A DNA stretch of 64,000 nucleotides from Ramazzottius varieornatus (lineage: Eukaryota > Animalia > Tardigrada): positions 1,539,624 to 1,603,623 of the forward strand of contig BDGG01000009.1 in assembly GCA_001949185.1 (NCBI GenBank), written 5' to 3'. The position numbers and the translations under genes are program-made. Position 1 is the stretch's first letter. Each line of letters begins with the position of its first letter. Positions 10,202 to 23,359 of this stretch are shown piece after piece. The notes beneath the pieces were generated by a model. The model was given only the letters and a program-made list of their open reading frames with translations, was not told the DNA's origin and did no database searches.

Positions 10202-13200
10202 TTATCGGCGCGCACCCTTCTTCTCATCACGCTTTTTGCTGTTGATCTTCTGGCGGCTCTTCTGTCTGGCCATCAGAACGGCCTTCTTTCCGCGGGCTCT
10301 GGCTATCTGGTCCTTTGACAAGAGTTCTGGCTGACCAGCTCCAGCCTTGAACTTCCTTCGTTTATACTGTGCCGTTTGACGCTCCAAATTCTGTGACTTT
10401 TGGTATTTCACTACAAACAGATCACAGTCAGCATTGAGATTACACAGTATGACACCGTCTACAAGATATGGCCCCAACTTACATCGCCCCGCAGCGAGCC
10501 CCTTGTTGACGTCATGCAGACTTCTGGCGGCTCCTGCCGGTTCGTCATCGGAATCCTGCTTCTTGTTCTCAAAGTGGTCGATCTGATGAGCCTTCTTCCA
10601 CTGCTCGTACAGATCTGACTTGTAGGTGGCCGCAATCCATGCGCCACTTTCCGTGCGAATCTTCTTCTTCTTGGGGTCGTTAGTGTCGGCTTGCACGTAC
10701 TTCTTCTTCTTTCGATCCCTACACAGTCATTTAATCTCGGTCTTGGCTGGTCAAATTCCAGCAGTATGCCAAGCATAGTTGGCCTTACCATTTCGTCTGG
10801 CGTTTATTCTTCAGCATTTCATCCGCCTCGTCTGTATGAAGTTCTATCATGGAGCCTTGGGCTTCTCGCTGGAAACCAACATGCTCCAGTTCCAACCTGC
10901 AAATGTCCCCGGTCACACCGCCATATATTATTACATATATTATTACATATACTGAGTTTCTCTACACTTACCCTTTCTCGCTGTGAAAGTTGGCTGGAGC
11001 ATAGGGGACATAGGGCTGGGGAACAAATTTCTCTTTCTTTTTCTTTTTGATGAAAGGCTTGTACGAAGGTCTCGACTCAACGACGGTAGAAAATATGCCC
11101 TCCTAAAATTACTCTCAGACGTCTGATGAGTACTTCTTGAGATTCGGCCAAGACTTTTCCAGGGGAAAAAGTAAAAGCTTACTGCGTCTTCGGTATCTTC
11201 GTCCATATCCACCGAGGAAGAAGGAAGGGGGACTGTGGGCTTGTCGGCCTCCTGCGCGATTTGATATCGTTTCGTCTTCTCGATTGTCTGTTCGTGCAGT
11301 TTGCGCTTGGCTTTCATGGCTTGGAAGGCGTCCGACTTGTTATTGCCACCTAGCTCGAATATCGTCTGGACCAACAGACATGACCGATCAGTAGGATAAA
11401 CATACAGCAAGGCAAGAGAGAAAGCGATATCTTACCGAATGGGCCTTATAGCCGCGTAAGCTGTCGAGGATTCTTTTCCTTTCCACGTCCGTATCGGAAG
11501 AGTGGTCGCGGAAGATGGGGTGTAGCGCCAGCTTCAGATAGCGAAACTCCTTCTTGACTCTGGAGACGCTTTCATGTGCCGCTGCAGGTCGCGTTTGCAG
11601 GTACTTGATGTAGCCATTGTCACAGACTTTGCGCATCGACTGCATCTCGTCCGACAACATCACCTGCGACCTCAGCATGTCTTCCTCCTCGTCTATGGCC
11701 GACTGCGGTACTGCACCATACACCCCGTTGGTCTTGGCATCAATGCTAAAGTCTGTGGCGGCAACGACTGGTCTGCCCAGGAAGAGGTGCAGGTCGATGA
11801 GGTAGGGCAGCTCGTCGCCGGCAACGAGGGAGTAGGCGTGACCGCAACGCCCAGCTCGTGCCACGCGCCCTACCAACACATACTGTAGTCAGTCTCATTG
11901 CTCAATACGGAAGCAGTGTCTAAAGTCCAACCACTTACCCACTCGATGGACGAACAACTTTGCCTTGGGTGGAAAGTGATAGTTGATGACGTTGTCCAGG
12001 TCCGGGATATCGACGCCGCGAGCTGCAATGTCCGTCACGATCATCACTTGACAGCGCTGCCGACGGAACTTTTCCAGGTTGATCTTGCGGGCTGAAGGGT
12101 CCAACGAGCTGTAGATGCAGGTGCAGGATATGCCGGCTTGGATAAGCAACTACACGCATAACATGAGGAACTGATACAACACTATAGGACACTCATAACG
12201 ACCGAACATCCGAACAGCTTTGCCCGTATGTGTATAAGCAGCAACTTTGTAGGCAACTTACGTCTTTCAGGTACTCCACATGATGCTTTGTAGCTGCAAA
12301 GACCACAGTCAGCTCGTATGGCTTCAGTATCTTGTGTAGAAGATTACAGAGGACAGCTGGTTTGTCAATCTCCCGACAGGCCAAGAAGGACATCTGAAAG
12401 AGGAAATTCCGTCAAGAGGGAACTGCCCACAGACGAAGCATCAGTTTTCTTACCTGCAGGTTTTCACTCAGTTTGGTGTCGACGTCCAGGCGTAAAAGCG
12501 TAGGTTCTGACAGACCAGCTTTGGCAAAGTCGACCATGGACTTGGGGAGGGTAGCGGAGAACATGAGCGTCTGCCGCGCTGCCGGCATGCGGTTGATGAT
12601 TTCCTTCAACTGCTCGCCGAAGCCCATTTCGAAGAGACGATCGGCCTCGTCAAAAACACAGTACTCGATAAAGTTCAACTGCAGGTTCATCTCCACCAGC
12701 ACGTGCAGTAAACGGCCCGGCGTGGCGATGACAATGTCCGGCTTCATATGCATAGCCTGGAACTGGTCCTCCATCCGATCGCCACCCAGGACGATCGTCG
12801 TGTTCAGGTTGGTGTACCGTGCAAGCTCTCGCGTGAAGCGGAAGGTTTGCAGGGCCAATTCCCGTGTCGGTGACAAGACGAGCGCCCGAGGACTCTTCTC
12901 GGGAGAATGAATCTTCAGCTTCTCGAGGAGCGGGATGAGGAAGGCGGCCGTCTTTCCACTGCCGGTCCGCGCCATAGCTACTACGTCTTTCCCCTCCATG
13001 ATCACCGGAATACTCTGAGACGTCATACGCCATTAGCATAAGTCTGTCTACATTCGGCGGCTTTCTAGCATGTCATACCTTCCGTTGTATCGGCGTGGGA
13101 ACTTTGTATCCTTTCTTCATCACTCCGCGAAAAACGCTGGGACTCAATCCTACAAATTCCACAACACCTCTTTAGTTATGTGAGGCTCATATACGACTCC

Positions 13201-13483
13201 AGTGAAAACTTTTGGTTCTGCTAATCCAACAGAGGAAGACTTCCACATCGTGCTATTAGACGAACATCCAGGATGCCGTAAACGTAGTTAAGATTCATCA
13301 GCGACATGGACATGGACATGATCACATTCAATGACAACACTTACCCATGGCCTGGAATCCTCCCGACTTTTTGTGCTTCCGGTTCTGCTCCTGGATCAGT
13401 GATCGCCATTGGGACGCGTCCTGTTCTTCCGTGCTCTCCATCGACGCGCGACCGACATCCATTCCTCCACCATCCACTTCCAT
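10202..13483 (-). CDS. DDX54: DEAD-box RNA helicase DDX54/DBP10
   Basis: [41 protein letters not shown], and C-terminal [23 protein letters not shown] (DBP10CT). Confidence 0.96.
13176..13302 (-). ncRNA. Candidate H/ACA snoRNA in DDX54 intron 1
   Basis: ~127 nt in an unusually long intron (13151-13344). The 5' hairpin is closed by GAUGAAU/GUUCGUC, followed by H box AUAGCA (13256-13251), a second putative hairpin and ACA (13181-13179). Confidence 0.45.
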
Positions 13484-13921
13484 ACTCCCTCACTTCCAGT
13501 AGACCCCCTCCGCCTAGCACCTCGGCACACGTTCGTCTAGTTCCAGAGATTTTCTGCTCTGGATACGGGAGCTGTGCCAGCACTTCAAGATGGGATAACG
13601 TCGAAAACCAGGATTTAGGAAATGTCGAAATAGCTAAATGACCGGAAATGGACAAGAAGAACATTGCGATACCTTTATACCACCAATAGGAATGTGTCGC
13701 ACGCCAGTGCGAGTTCAACCAACCACAGATTGTTCGAGCGAACACGATGGCAAGCTCTCCTGCATATCCGAAGGGTATCGTCACCCCGGATAGCGAATTA
13801 GCCATTGGTGAATGGTGAATGCTCAATCCAATCCTCATCCATCAGCCACACTCCTGCGTTTCCGCTCCTCGAATTCTTCCCTTTCTCTGCTGTCAGTGCT
13901 CTGTGTGATGGTTGTGCGAAC
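13484..13921. promoter_or_regulatory. Probable bidirectional promoter DDX54/RNGTT
   Basis: Divergent start codons only 438 bp apart. Confidence 0.6.
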
Positions 13922-16900
13922 ATGGGGGACAGAGATCGACGTTTGGATGCTGTGAACAAGCCTCGAAGTGCCGAATACTGGAACGAAGCACCTCCCCGAT
14001 GGATGAACTGTCCGCGTGTTGGCGAGGCTGTGGGTAAGTACAAGACTACTTACCACAATCGTCGAGGAACGGTCGAGATATTCCTTAACATATTGCTAAC
14101 TTAACATTACGGGTGGTGCTGCTTTACGTGCAGGTCGATTTCTTCCGTTGAAGACCCCATTGGACTCGCGCTATGACGATAAGGTTCCGCCAGCGAATCG
14201 ATTCGGAGTGGATGATGTCTTTGCTGCAGCTCGATCTCAAGGAGTGAGCTTGTGTTTTCGCTTCATATCCTGGGTTTGAACAAACCTTTTGGTTGGTTCC
14301 CATTTTGCAGAAGACCATAGGAATGTGGGTGGATCTGTCCAAGACGAGCCGTTTTTACAATAGACGGAAAGTGGAATCTTATGGTGCGAAGTACGTGAAG
14401 GTGGTCTGCAGCGGACATGCGGAGTGCCCTTCGGAGCAGCAGACTCAACTCTTCATCAGCCAAGTATCGACCTTCCTCCAGAAGAGTGCCGACAGCCTAG
14501 TTGGTCAGTGGATATACGATTGGTTCGATGCAGAAAGCAGTGTGTGAGAGATATTATGTTTCTTCGTAGCGGTACATTGTACTCATGGGTTCAACAGGAC
14601 GGGTTTTATGGTCTGTTCTTTCCTCGTCGACCAGGAGGGATGGAGGTACGTACGCCCTTATCTTTCTCCCGCATAAATTGCCGCAATGTCGGCTCAGGCT
14701 TCGTGATATCGGTTGAATTATTCAGCATAGAAGCAGCTATTGACAGCTTTGCGAAAGCTCGTCCTCCGGGAATCTACAAGAGTGACTACCTGAAAGAGCT
14801 GGTCAAGTAGGTTTATACTGGTCATACAAGACTTACCATCATCGCTTCCGTCAATTATGCCATACATCTTAATTTGGTTTTTGTCCTTCTGTAGCCGATA
14901 CGGTGATCCGGACGAGGAGCCTGTAGTTCCCGATTTGCCTGCCTGGTGCTACGGTACGTCATTTGCGGCTGACTCGTATCGCACTTTTACCTTCAGGGAA
15001 GCCCCTCGATTTCACGTTGTGCGCTACAGAAGACGATGCCGAACCGCAGTTGGACGACGACGGGAACTCTTCAGCGCAGCCAGTTGTCGAAACTCAAGTC
15101 CCGGCCGAGGCTGATACCAGCAGGAACAAGGTTAGTTAGTTTGACCTACGGTAAGTAGGCCTTTCAAGGCATGCCCCTCTCACATCTCACTCCGAGTCTT
15201 GAGCGGATGTGCAATCAAAGACAGAGGTCGTCAGTCATCACATCTTATTTGGTAGGATGAACCAAAGTTTATGGATAATGTCGCTGGTGTAAGCTACCTT
15301 TTGGACCAAGAATTGGCCAACGATATTCGCAAAAGGACCAAAGCTCTCTGCCGATGGAAAAAGTACGTACATGCACGGCACGATTACTGGTGTTTAGGCT
15401 GATGACTTGTCTTTTAGGAAAGGATTTCCAGGATGTCAGCCTGTCTCGATGGACCTTGACAATGTGGGACTCTTGGCCGAACTGGATTACCGCGTTAGCT
15501 GGAAAGCTGATGGAGTGCGGTAGGTGGCTGTTGACAGTTGGCGCCAAAGGAATAATGAGGTCGAGGGCTTACTCTTTACAGATATATGATGTTCATCGAT
15601 GACAACAGAGCCTTTTTCCTCGATCGGAATGACGATGTTTTCGAAGCCTCCGAGATGACGTTTCCCTGCCGGGATGGCCGCGGTGTCTTGAAGAATACTC
15701 TGGTTGACGGCGAAATGATCATTGACACCATACCCGATAAGATGGGAGGTGGCAAACGTCCTCGCTACCTCATCTACGACATGATTCACTGCATGGTAAT
15801 ACCACTTGCAGACGTCCGCTGACGGCAGAGTATATGTACCGAAGTCGAGATTGATATGTTGCAGAACACAGCTATCTGCGAGCAGGGTTTCGACAAGCGC
15901 TGCAGTGCCATCCGTAACGAGATCATCAGGCCCAGAGAGACGCTCTTCGAAAAGAGTCCTCACCTGAAACAGTTGGAACCTTTTAGTGTCAGGTGGAAGA
16001 CCTTCTGGCCGCTGATTGTCGAAGACGGTACGAAAGGACCTCAAGATATGGCCGAAAAGGTATACAGTCATCATTTCTGACACTGATGCGCTGATTTCGC
16101 CATTTCCGGTCGATCAGCGTTGTTGATTATGCCGCTTCTGCTGCTAAAGTTAACCTGGTGGATTTCCCCTTTTAGATTCTAGCTCCAAAGTTTTCCCAGG
16201 ATATGTCTCACGAGGTGGACGGCCTGGTATTCCAACCGGAAAACAAGGTAAGTGTTGCTTGTGTCAGCCACTTTTTCTCTTGGCCATCGCTTCTCTAATT
16301 ACCACAGGCGAGATCGAACCCGTTACGTATACTGTAGTGGCTATTCGGTGGTCGGTATTAACAGTTTCATTTTTTAGCCGTACATTCCTGGCCGTTGCGA
16401 TTACGTCTTGAAGTGGAAACCTCCACACCTGTGCACAATCGACTTCAGGTTACAGATCAACCAGGAAGGTGGTCGTGGGTAGGTCGACCCTTTTTCAAGA
16501 CCCTAGCTGCCTTCGCCCAAGCCTTTGCATTGTGAAGCCTTGCCCTTGAGCATAAGCATGACCTTTGATTGCAGGATGGTACCGCGAGCCAAAGCCAACT
16601 TGTGGGTCAATGACCACACTGTCCCATTCGGTGAAATGAAGGTATAGTACGGTGGCAGTAAAATTGATGGTCTTGTACCGTTAGCATCCGGTGGTTATTC
16701 TCAAATAACTGAAGATAAGAAAGATTTATCTGTTATTACAGATGTCCAAAGACATGAAGCAACACGATCAAAAGATTGTCGAATGCTCGTATGATGCTCA
16801 ACAGCGCAAGTGGGATTTCCTCAGAGTTCGGGAAGACAAGTCATTTCCCAATCATATTACAACGGCCAACGGTAAGTCAGCAATCTGACGGCGCTGTTTC

Positions 16901-17142
16901 TGTCACACTCTTTGACTATAAATCTGCTTTTTTGTCCAGCGGTGTTCAAAGGTATCATTCATCCTCTGACGAAGGACAAGTTGCTGGACTACATCGAGAA
17001 CTCGTCCAGAGCGGCGCTGGCAAGGAAGCAGACCAAACGCAGCCACCAACCTTCCAACCAGGTGGAGCCGGAAGGCAACGGACGACCCAGTAAACTTGCG
17101 CACTCTGGACCTTCACGTGACCCCAGACCTGGTGTTTACTAA
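13922..17142 (+). CDS. RNGTT: mRNA capping enzyme (RNA triphosphatase + guanylyltransferase)
   Basis: [29 protein letters not shown] (Cys phosphatase loop), [15 protein letters not shown] (motif I), [26 protein letters not shown]. Confidence 0.97.
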
Positions 17143-17480
17143 GCTTCGTTCCTTCACCAACATTTTCTCATTTGAAACTTTGACTATGCGTAGAAAATCT
17201 GGCGTACTTTTCAGTGTGTTATAAGGAGCCCAGTCTGTGATGCCTTTCCTGTTCAAACAGAGAAAAGGGTTAGAAATTCTTTCCTTTGCGAAACGATTAC
17301 TGTGTACAGCTTTTATTTTCATACAAAGAGCAAAAGTAACAAAAAAAGGAGGTATCGACGGCATAACCACCTCGAGGCCGAATAGAGGGAAAAGAAAACC
17401 AGCACGAGCTGTACTAATTCATCACTTGAACATCACCGCACCGAGTTGAAGAGTGAACACTACGTCAGCTGGAAAGCAAC

Positions 17481-18998
17481 TCAGACCGAACTAGTGGCTT
17501 CGCTATCTGAATCTTTTTGGCTACGCTCACCGCGTGCTGTTGTGGGAAGGAGCTCGTACTGTGGACCGGGAGTTCGCTCATGTTGTTCTTTCATTTCTCT
17601 ACCCCGCACCCAAGTGTACAGGCCTGATCCGATTAGCACCACCGCATTGCTTATCCACCAAAGCGCCGTTTTGAACTCATGATACCACATTACAGCGACA
17701 ACCGTCTGCGCAGCCGCCTTTGCTGTGCCGCTAATGTTGTGCGTCAGAGGCGAAGTGACCTATCGTAGATAAGAAGGCTCAATTTCAACCACACATTTTG
17801 AACACGACAGAATGAAAGGAGATCTAACCTGAATCTGTAGTCCGGTCACGTAACCAATGCCAAGGCCGAATAAGCCGCCAAGCATCATTAAACCTAGGAA
17901 AAAACATGATCAAAAGCCGCAGCTGAAGTAACGGTTTTGATCAACCGAAAACTTACCCCAGAAGTATGGGTCTAAGACCTTTGGGAACACGGGTATTCTG
18001 GCGAACTCGCCATTGAAGAGCATGAGCGGAAGGAAAAGGAAGACGGCGTTGAAGTTATTATAAAGGGTCAGTTTCCAGATGTTCTGGTCGACCGAGGGCA
18101 AGACCTTCTTTGTGTAGATGGCGTTGAGGGAGGTGAAGAGGCTGGCCAGAACTCCGAAGACGACACCGGGTATCGACAGGGAACCGGTGACGCTTTCTTG
18201 ATCGACACCCATTGCGAAGCCGACGATGATGACGATGCAGCAGATGATAGCTTTTACCGAGGTATATTCGCGCAGGATCAGGTAGGACATTATCTAAAGC
18301 CAAATGTTATATGAATTCACTTCCGGTTGGCGGGAATACAGCGCAACACTGGCCGAGAAACCAAGACGAATTTGAACTTACAACGTTGAAGACAGTGGTC
18401 AGGGATCTTCCGATGTAGTAGAAGGATACGCCGACGTACTGGAGACACAGGTTGTTCATGGAAATCATCAATACGAAAACAACTGACAACGGCAAGACCT
18501 GAAAGAGGGAGCAAACTTGGACACAGGGACAAACTTCGAGATACGACAAGTTCGTCAACGCGTACCTCTCTGGAAATTTTCTTGTCTATCTTCATAGGAG
18601 AAAATGCGAAAAGTCTGGGGAAGAGCCTGGAGAAGCCGTCTATCAGGAACAAGAACAAGACGGTAACAACGCACTGGAACCAAGTGACGAAGAAGGGCGC
18701 GTCCAGCTGCAAAGCAAACAAATCCCGTTAGGCGCAACACTTCTTTATGACAGTAGCTTCTTTGTTGCAGTGCCACATCAACACCAACCTTGACATCTTG
18801 GCTGGACAGAAGGTATTTGTTGATGAACACCAGGCTGATGGAGATCACCCTACGACAACGAAAAGGTTGTTCGTCATGCCGATATTTTCGTTTCTCATGC
18901 CGACAGCCAATACACTTCACATAGTCTGCTCACCAATATGCAGTCACCACTGCCGCAACGACCAGATATTTACGCAGAAGAGAATCCTGTCCTGCCAT
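17481..18998 (-). CDS. SLC35C1: GDP-fucose transporter (SLC35C1-like)
   Basis: [82 protein letters not shown]. Confidence 0.95.
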
Positions 18999-20120
18999 TT
19001 CAGCTTTGCTTGCCAAAAGATCCCACCGGAAGTGGTCCTCGGCTAGAGTAGATTCACCAGGTGCGCTTCAACAGACCCTTATCGTATCTCAACTTGCATC
19101 CGCGGATAGTTTTGCAGTATCAGACGAAACTACGGCATCCGTGTACAGATCCACGGATGGTCCGTAGCTGGCATCTTCGGGAAGATTAGTTCGATCAATA
19201 CACGTACGCAGTCCTACATCGTCGATGTCGATCTCCGAAGCTGCACCCGAAGTAACGTCGCCTTGCACGTTGCAGTCACACCGTCCCGCTGCTAGTGGAG
19301 CTTCGTCTTGCAAAGGAAAAGTGTAACGTAAGCTACTACGTGGTTGGGCAGGCAAAACTGCAAAAGACTTCCAAAATTATGGCGATGCCCCTGCATTAAA
19401 TTGCTGGAAATAATCCGCCACGCGGCAGCTTTCACCAGTAAGTTAGCATGAGCCATGAGGCTTTACGGAGCAAAACAAATCAAGAATCAAGGTGGCATTC
19501 CATGCAATAATTCATGGAGCATTGTCGTACAGACGTCCACGTACGTGTCGGAAGTTGCGCTCAGCATAGCCCAGATGAGTAGCTCGTGACATCATGGTCC
19601 ACATGACTCAGCCAGGACTATCAGCTAACCTTTGTCAGCCGACTAAGCGATTAGCGCTTCGCCGACGAAAGGCCCGTTGTTGCGCCACTTCGACTTCAGA
19701 GCATTGTTCTCTTGCTTTCTTTTGTCCTCGCTCACCCCAGTTTTCCCCCACGCTTTGAACCCACGTTCTGCTTCCCATCAAGCGCTTCTCGACAGCGTAC
19801 TTGCGATAAGGAAGTCGCCACCGAAGCCGCACTCATTGACGGTCAGTTAAGCGAGCGAAATAGTTTGGTCCAACGAGTGCAGAGCAAGCCTACAATCTTA
19901 TTCGTTTGTTTCCCTTCCAGATCCGATTGGAACTCTGGGATTCTCCTAACACGGATATCCTTTGGGTTCAGCCTGCTGGATCGCATTCTCGAAATTCACA
20001 TCATCTCAACAGCGTTCGTGATTAGGAGTGAGAGTTTTCGTCGCTTCGACCTTCTTCCGGTACAGATTGAGCAACAGGTTTCGTCATAAGAGCACTTCCT
20101 TCGCAGCCTTCGCAGCCGAC

Positions 20121-22497
20121 ATGTCATCCAAAGGCGAAGTAGTCATCCGTGAGCGGGAGCAGCACCTGGAGATCGGGTTGCTGGAGGACAGACCGCTGGA
20201 TCCGTCTGGGATGGAAGAACGCGCTCGCGCCGCCTTCAACTTTGTCGCTTCTGTCGGTGACGTCCAAGACAAGAAAGCCTTGGGAATCCAGACCAAAGTC
20301 TACTACACCGTCCTTCCCCTGGACTCGACTGCTGGCCAAGCCTCTCCTTCTACTCCGGACAAGAGACAGGAGCGCGGCACCACCAGCCCTGACAGCGGTG
20401 TCGAGATGTCGCCGACGCCACCGCAACCGCAACCGCAAATCCTCTTCACCGAAGACCCCATCGTTATGCTTCCCTACGGTGAAGATAATGTGGAGCAACA
20501 GGCTGAAAGTATCCTGCAGTTGTACAAAATCGTCAGGAAAAAGAAGGTGGCCCAGAGTATTGGCATCTGGACCCATGTTCCAATGTAAGTTTTGAATTCC
20601 AGAAGGCCCGCAAACGCGCGAAATCTTTTGCATGAAGTGGCGCACGCTTTCATCCATAGCAATGAACATGTGCGCCACATGACGTAACAGTCTCTTACGT
20701 TTCGTTGCGGACCTCCCAGTTTCTGTTTTAGATTTTGCATTGAGATGTAATGTGTTTTTGTCTCTTTTCAGGCACGGATTGCAGCCGGATTGCAGTGCAT
20801 TCTTTTCGCAGAACATTCCCGAGGAAGAAGAAGCCATGAGCTCCTACTTTTGGTGGCACACGGTCTTGGAAGCCACGGGTTTCTCCCGCCACGCTACGGT
20901 CGCCTTGGAATTGGACTGTTTGACCCTTACTGCAGAAAGCAGCTCGCGCTGGTTGAGTGAGCCTCTAGGATGCCTCATTGTTCCGACCTCCGTCATGCTG
21001 CAGTCCGCCGAAGGAAGCCAAGATCCAGCCTTGCCTCTTGAGCATTCCAGATTCATCAAACGAGCCATCAGGTTGCACGGTTGCAGGTTGATGTTGTACG
21101 ACGATGTGGGCTCTTGGGAAGACGGTCGTGTGGTCGAGTGTGCTAAGATATTGCGGGCTCTGTCTTGCTACTATCCTGGTTACGTTCGCGATGTCGATCA
21201 TCTGCACTTGACAGCCCAGCCTTTGTCCAAGAACCTCTACGATGAAACCTATCAGCAGTTTGAGCGAGATCCCGTCAAGTATGTCAGGTACCAAACAGCC
21301 ATTGAGCGTGCATTCTGGGAACTGCAGTTCAAGCGACGACCCGGAAGACCTCCTTTTGGTAAGATATTATAACTTTGCTTGACCCGAAGTCGGCAAAGGC
21401 GTCCAGCCAGATTTTCATCTCAAGTGGCGCAACTTTCCATGGCTATTAGCTGAGAATGTGCGCCACTTGGCAAAACGGTTCGGATGACGTCATGTACCGG
21501 CATCCTGTTACATGACATTTGTTCAACCGCTTACAACTTCTTTCGTTCTTGTCTTTAGGGCGAAAGGAAGCACCGTGGTCGTTGGTGGTAGCGGTCCTTG
21601 GCTGTGGTCGGGGTCCGTTGGTCAGTCGAGTGCTGGCAGCCGCCGAGAAGGCTCATGTTGCGGTGAAGGTGTACGGTGTGGAGAAGAATCCCATCACTCA
21701 GCGCATCCTCCAAGAGAAGCTGGCCACTGAATGGAAGGGCCGGAACGTAGAGCTGGTCTTTGGTGACATGCGAACGTGGCAGCCTGTGGAAAAGTTGGAC
21801 ATGATGGTCAGCGAGCTGTTGGGTAACGTGGCAGATGACGAACTGTCACCCGAATGCCTGCAAGGCCCACAGCAGCTCCTCAAAGAAGACGGCATCTCCG
21901 TCCCTCACTCCTACTCGGGCTTCGTCCAGCCTGTCTCCTCCAGCATCCTCTACGTCGAACTGCAAAAGTACTACAAGAAGAAAGGTGGCCTGGAGATGAT
22001 GCAAGCCTTCGGCAAGGAGCAGGTCGAAGTCGTCAAGCTGGCCCCAGCACAGAGGCTTTTCACCTTCTCCCACCCGGACTTTTCTCCTGGTAAGTCAACT
22101 GCCTCTTCACATTATCGATGATTTCAAGTTGCGTTGCTATACCTTTCTGCTTCCAGTCATCAACAACGAGCGGCACAGAGTGCTCGAGTTCACAGCTGAC
22201 AAAGATGGGGTTCTTCATGGCTTCGAAGGCTACTTCGATATCCTCCTCCACGGCCTTCTCAACTTGTCCAGTATCGCTGGAAGAGAAACGCCCGGTCTTT
22301 GTTCCTGGGCTCCTGCCTTCTTCCCTCTGCTCCAGCCCACTTTCATCCGAACTGGCGACCGCATCAAGGCGGAGTTCTGGCGCCGATGCAACGACAAGGC
22401 AGTCTGGTATGAATGGCAGCTGGTGGAGCCAAAAAAGACCATTGTTCATAATCTTGATGGCAAGTATTTGATGTTTTATCAAGTTTCCCGCCAATGA
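20121..22497 (+). CDS. Divergent PRMT5-like arginine methyltransferase (4 exons)
   Basis: AQPLSKNL, TYQQFERDPVKY, VLGCGRGPLV, VEKNP, DMRTW, VSELLGNVADDELSPECL, LHGFEGYFD, SWAPAFFPL. Introns ~20585-20770, 21359-21558 and 22089-22156. Confidence 0.88.
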
Positions 22498-22909
22498 AGT
22501 TTTCTGATGCTATCTTTGAGCCCTCTATAACAGGAATAGTTTTTTTCTTCGGTTTTTGTATGGTGTAGATCTCTGTGCCGGTCAGTATTTGCAGCTCGAT
22601 TTACTAAGCAAGCCGCGCAATTCTTCTCGCTTCAAGTCCAAAACTTTTATCGTCTGGTTCCTTGGTCCTGTTGAATGTCATTCTACCGCAGCGTTATGGC
22701 TTGTAGGTAATATGTGATTGTCTGGTCGTTTCTGGTTATTCTTTATTTTCTGCAGTATTTTGTTCTTATTTCCTCCGTGTTACAGCACACACTGATCACT
22801 GATGGCCATGACGACAATTCCTTCTTCTTTGGTAACAAAACTTGAAATAAAATTGACCATTTCGTAGGTAGGCTGGACCAAGATATCCTCGACTCTTACT
22901 TGGGGGTCT

Positions 22910-23359
22910 CTATGTTGGGCAAAAGTGGTGGCCAGATAGAAACATGTTGAAAGTCCTCGGAAGGAGGAAGCTGGTGGCGCAGTACTCAATGGGGGAAACA
23001 GTTAACGGAGTTAGCACGCATGACGCCCCAATGGTGAGGGTGTATACGGCTGGACTTTGTACTTGCCTGGCTGCCTGTTGCTTTGTTCCAGCTGTGGCCA
23101 GGAGTGACTTTGTAGCTACGAAGAGAAGTAACGCAGAAGTTAGTCATGTACGATGTACCGAAAATGGTCGCTCTTGATCTGTCCCACGAGTGGCACGACC
23201 AAATACTGATAGGAAGCTGGGCAAATATTGCTTTGCCATGATCAGTTTGCTACACCAGTATGCCAATTACCCCATACCAGCGTGGAAAATCTTTCGGTTG
23301 TACATAGCATTTTTCTTCTCACCGTCTTTTGCGTTGGAAGTTGGAACCTGCTTTTGCAT
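22910..23359 (-). CDS. Possible small two-exon orphan ORF (~95 aa)
   Basis: ATG 23359, donor GTATGG at 23277, branch-like GACTAAC and pyrimidine-rich acceptor at 23116; the frame stays open to TAG 22910. No recognisable homology. Confidence 0.2.

Noticed and set aside
10922-10950. (CATATATTATTA)x2.5 tandem repeat in a DDX54 intron
   Set aside because: Simple slippage duplication with no sign of function.
11120-11160. CTGATGAG as a hammerhead ribozyme core (also near 27941)
   Set aside because: No stem II followed by GAAA and no flanking helices.
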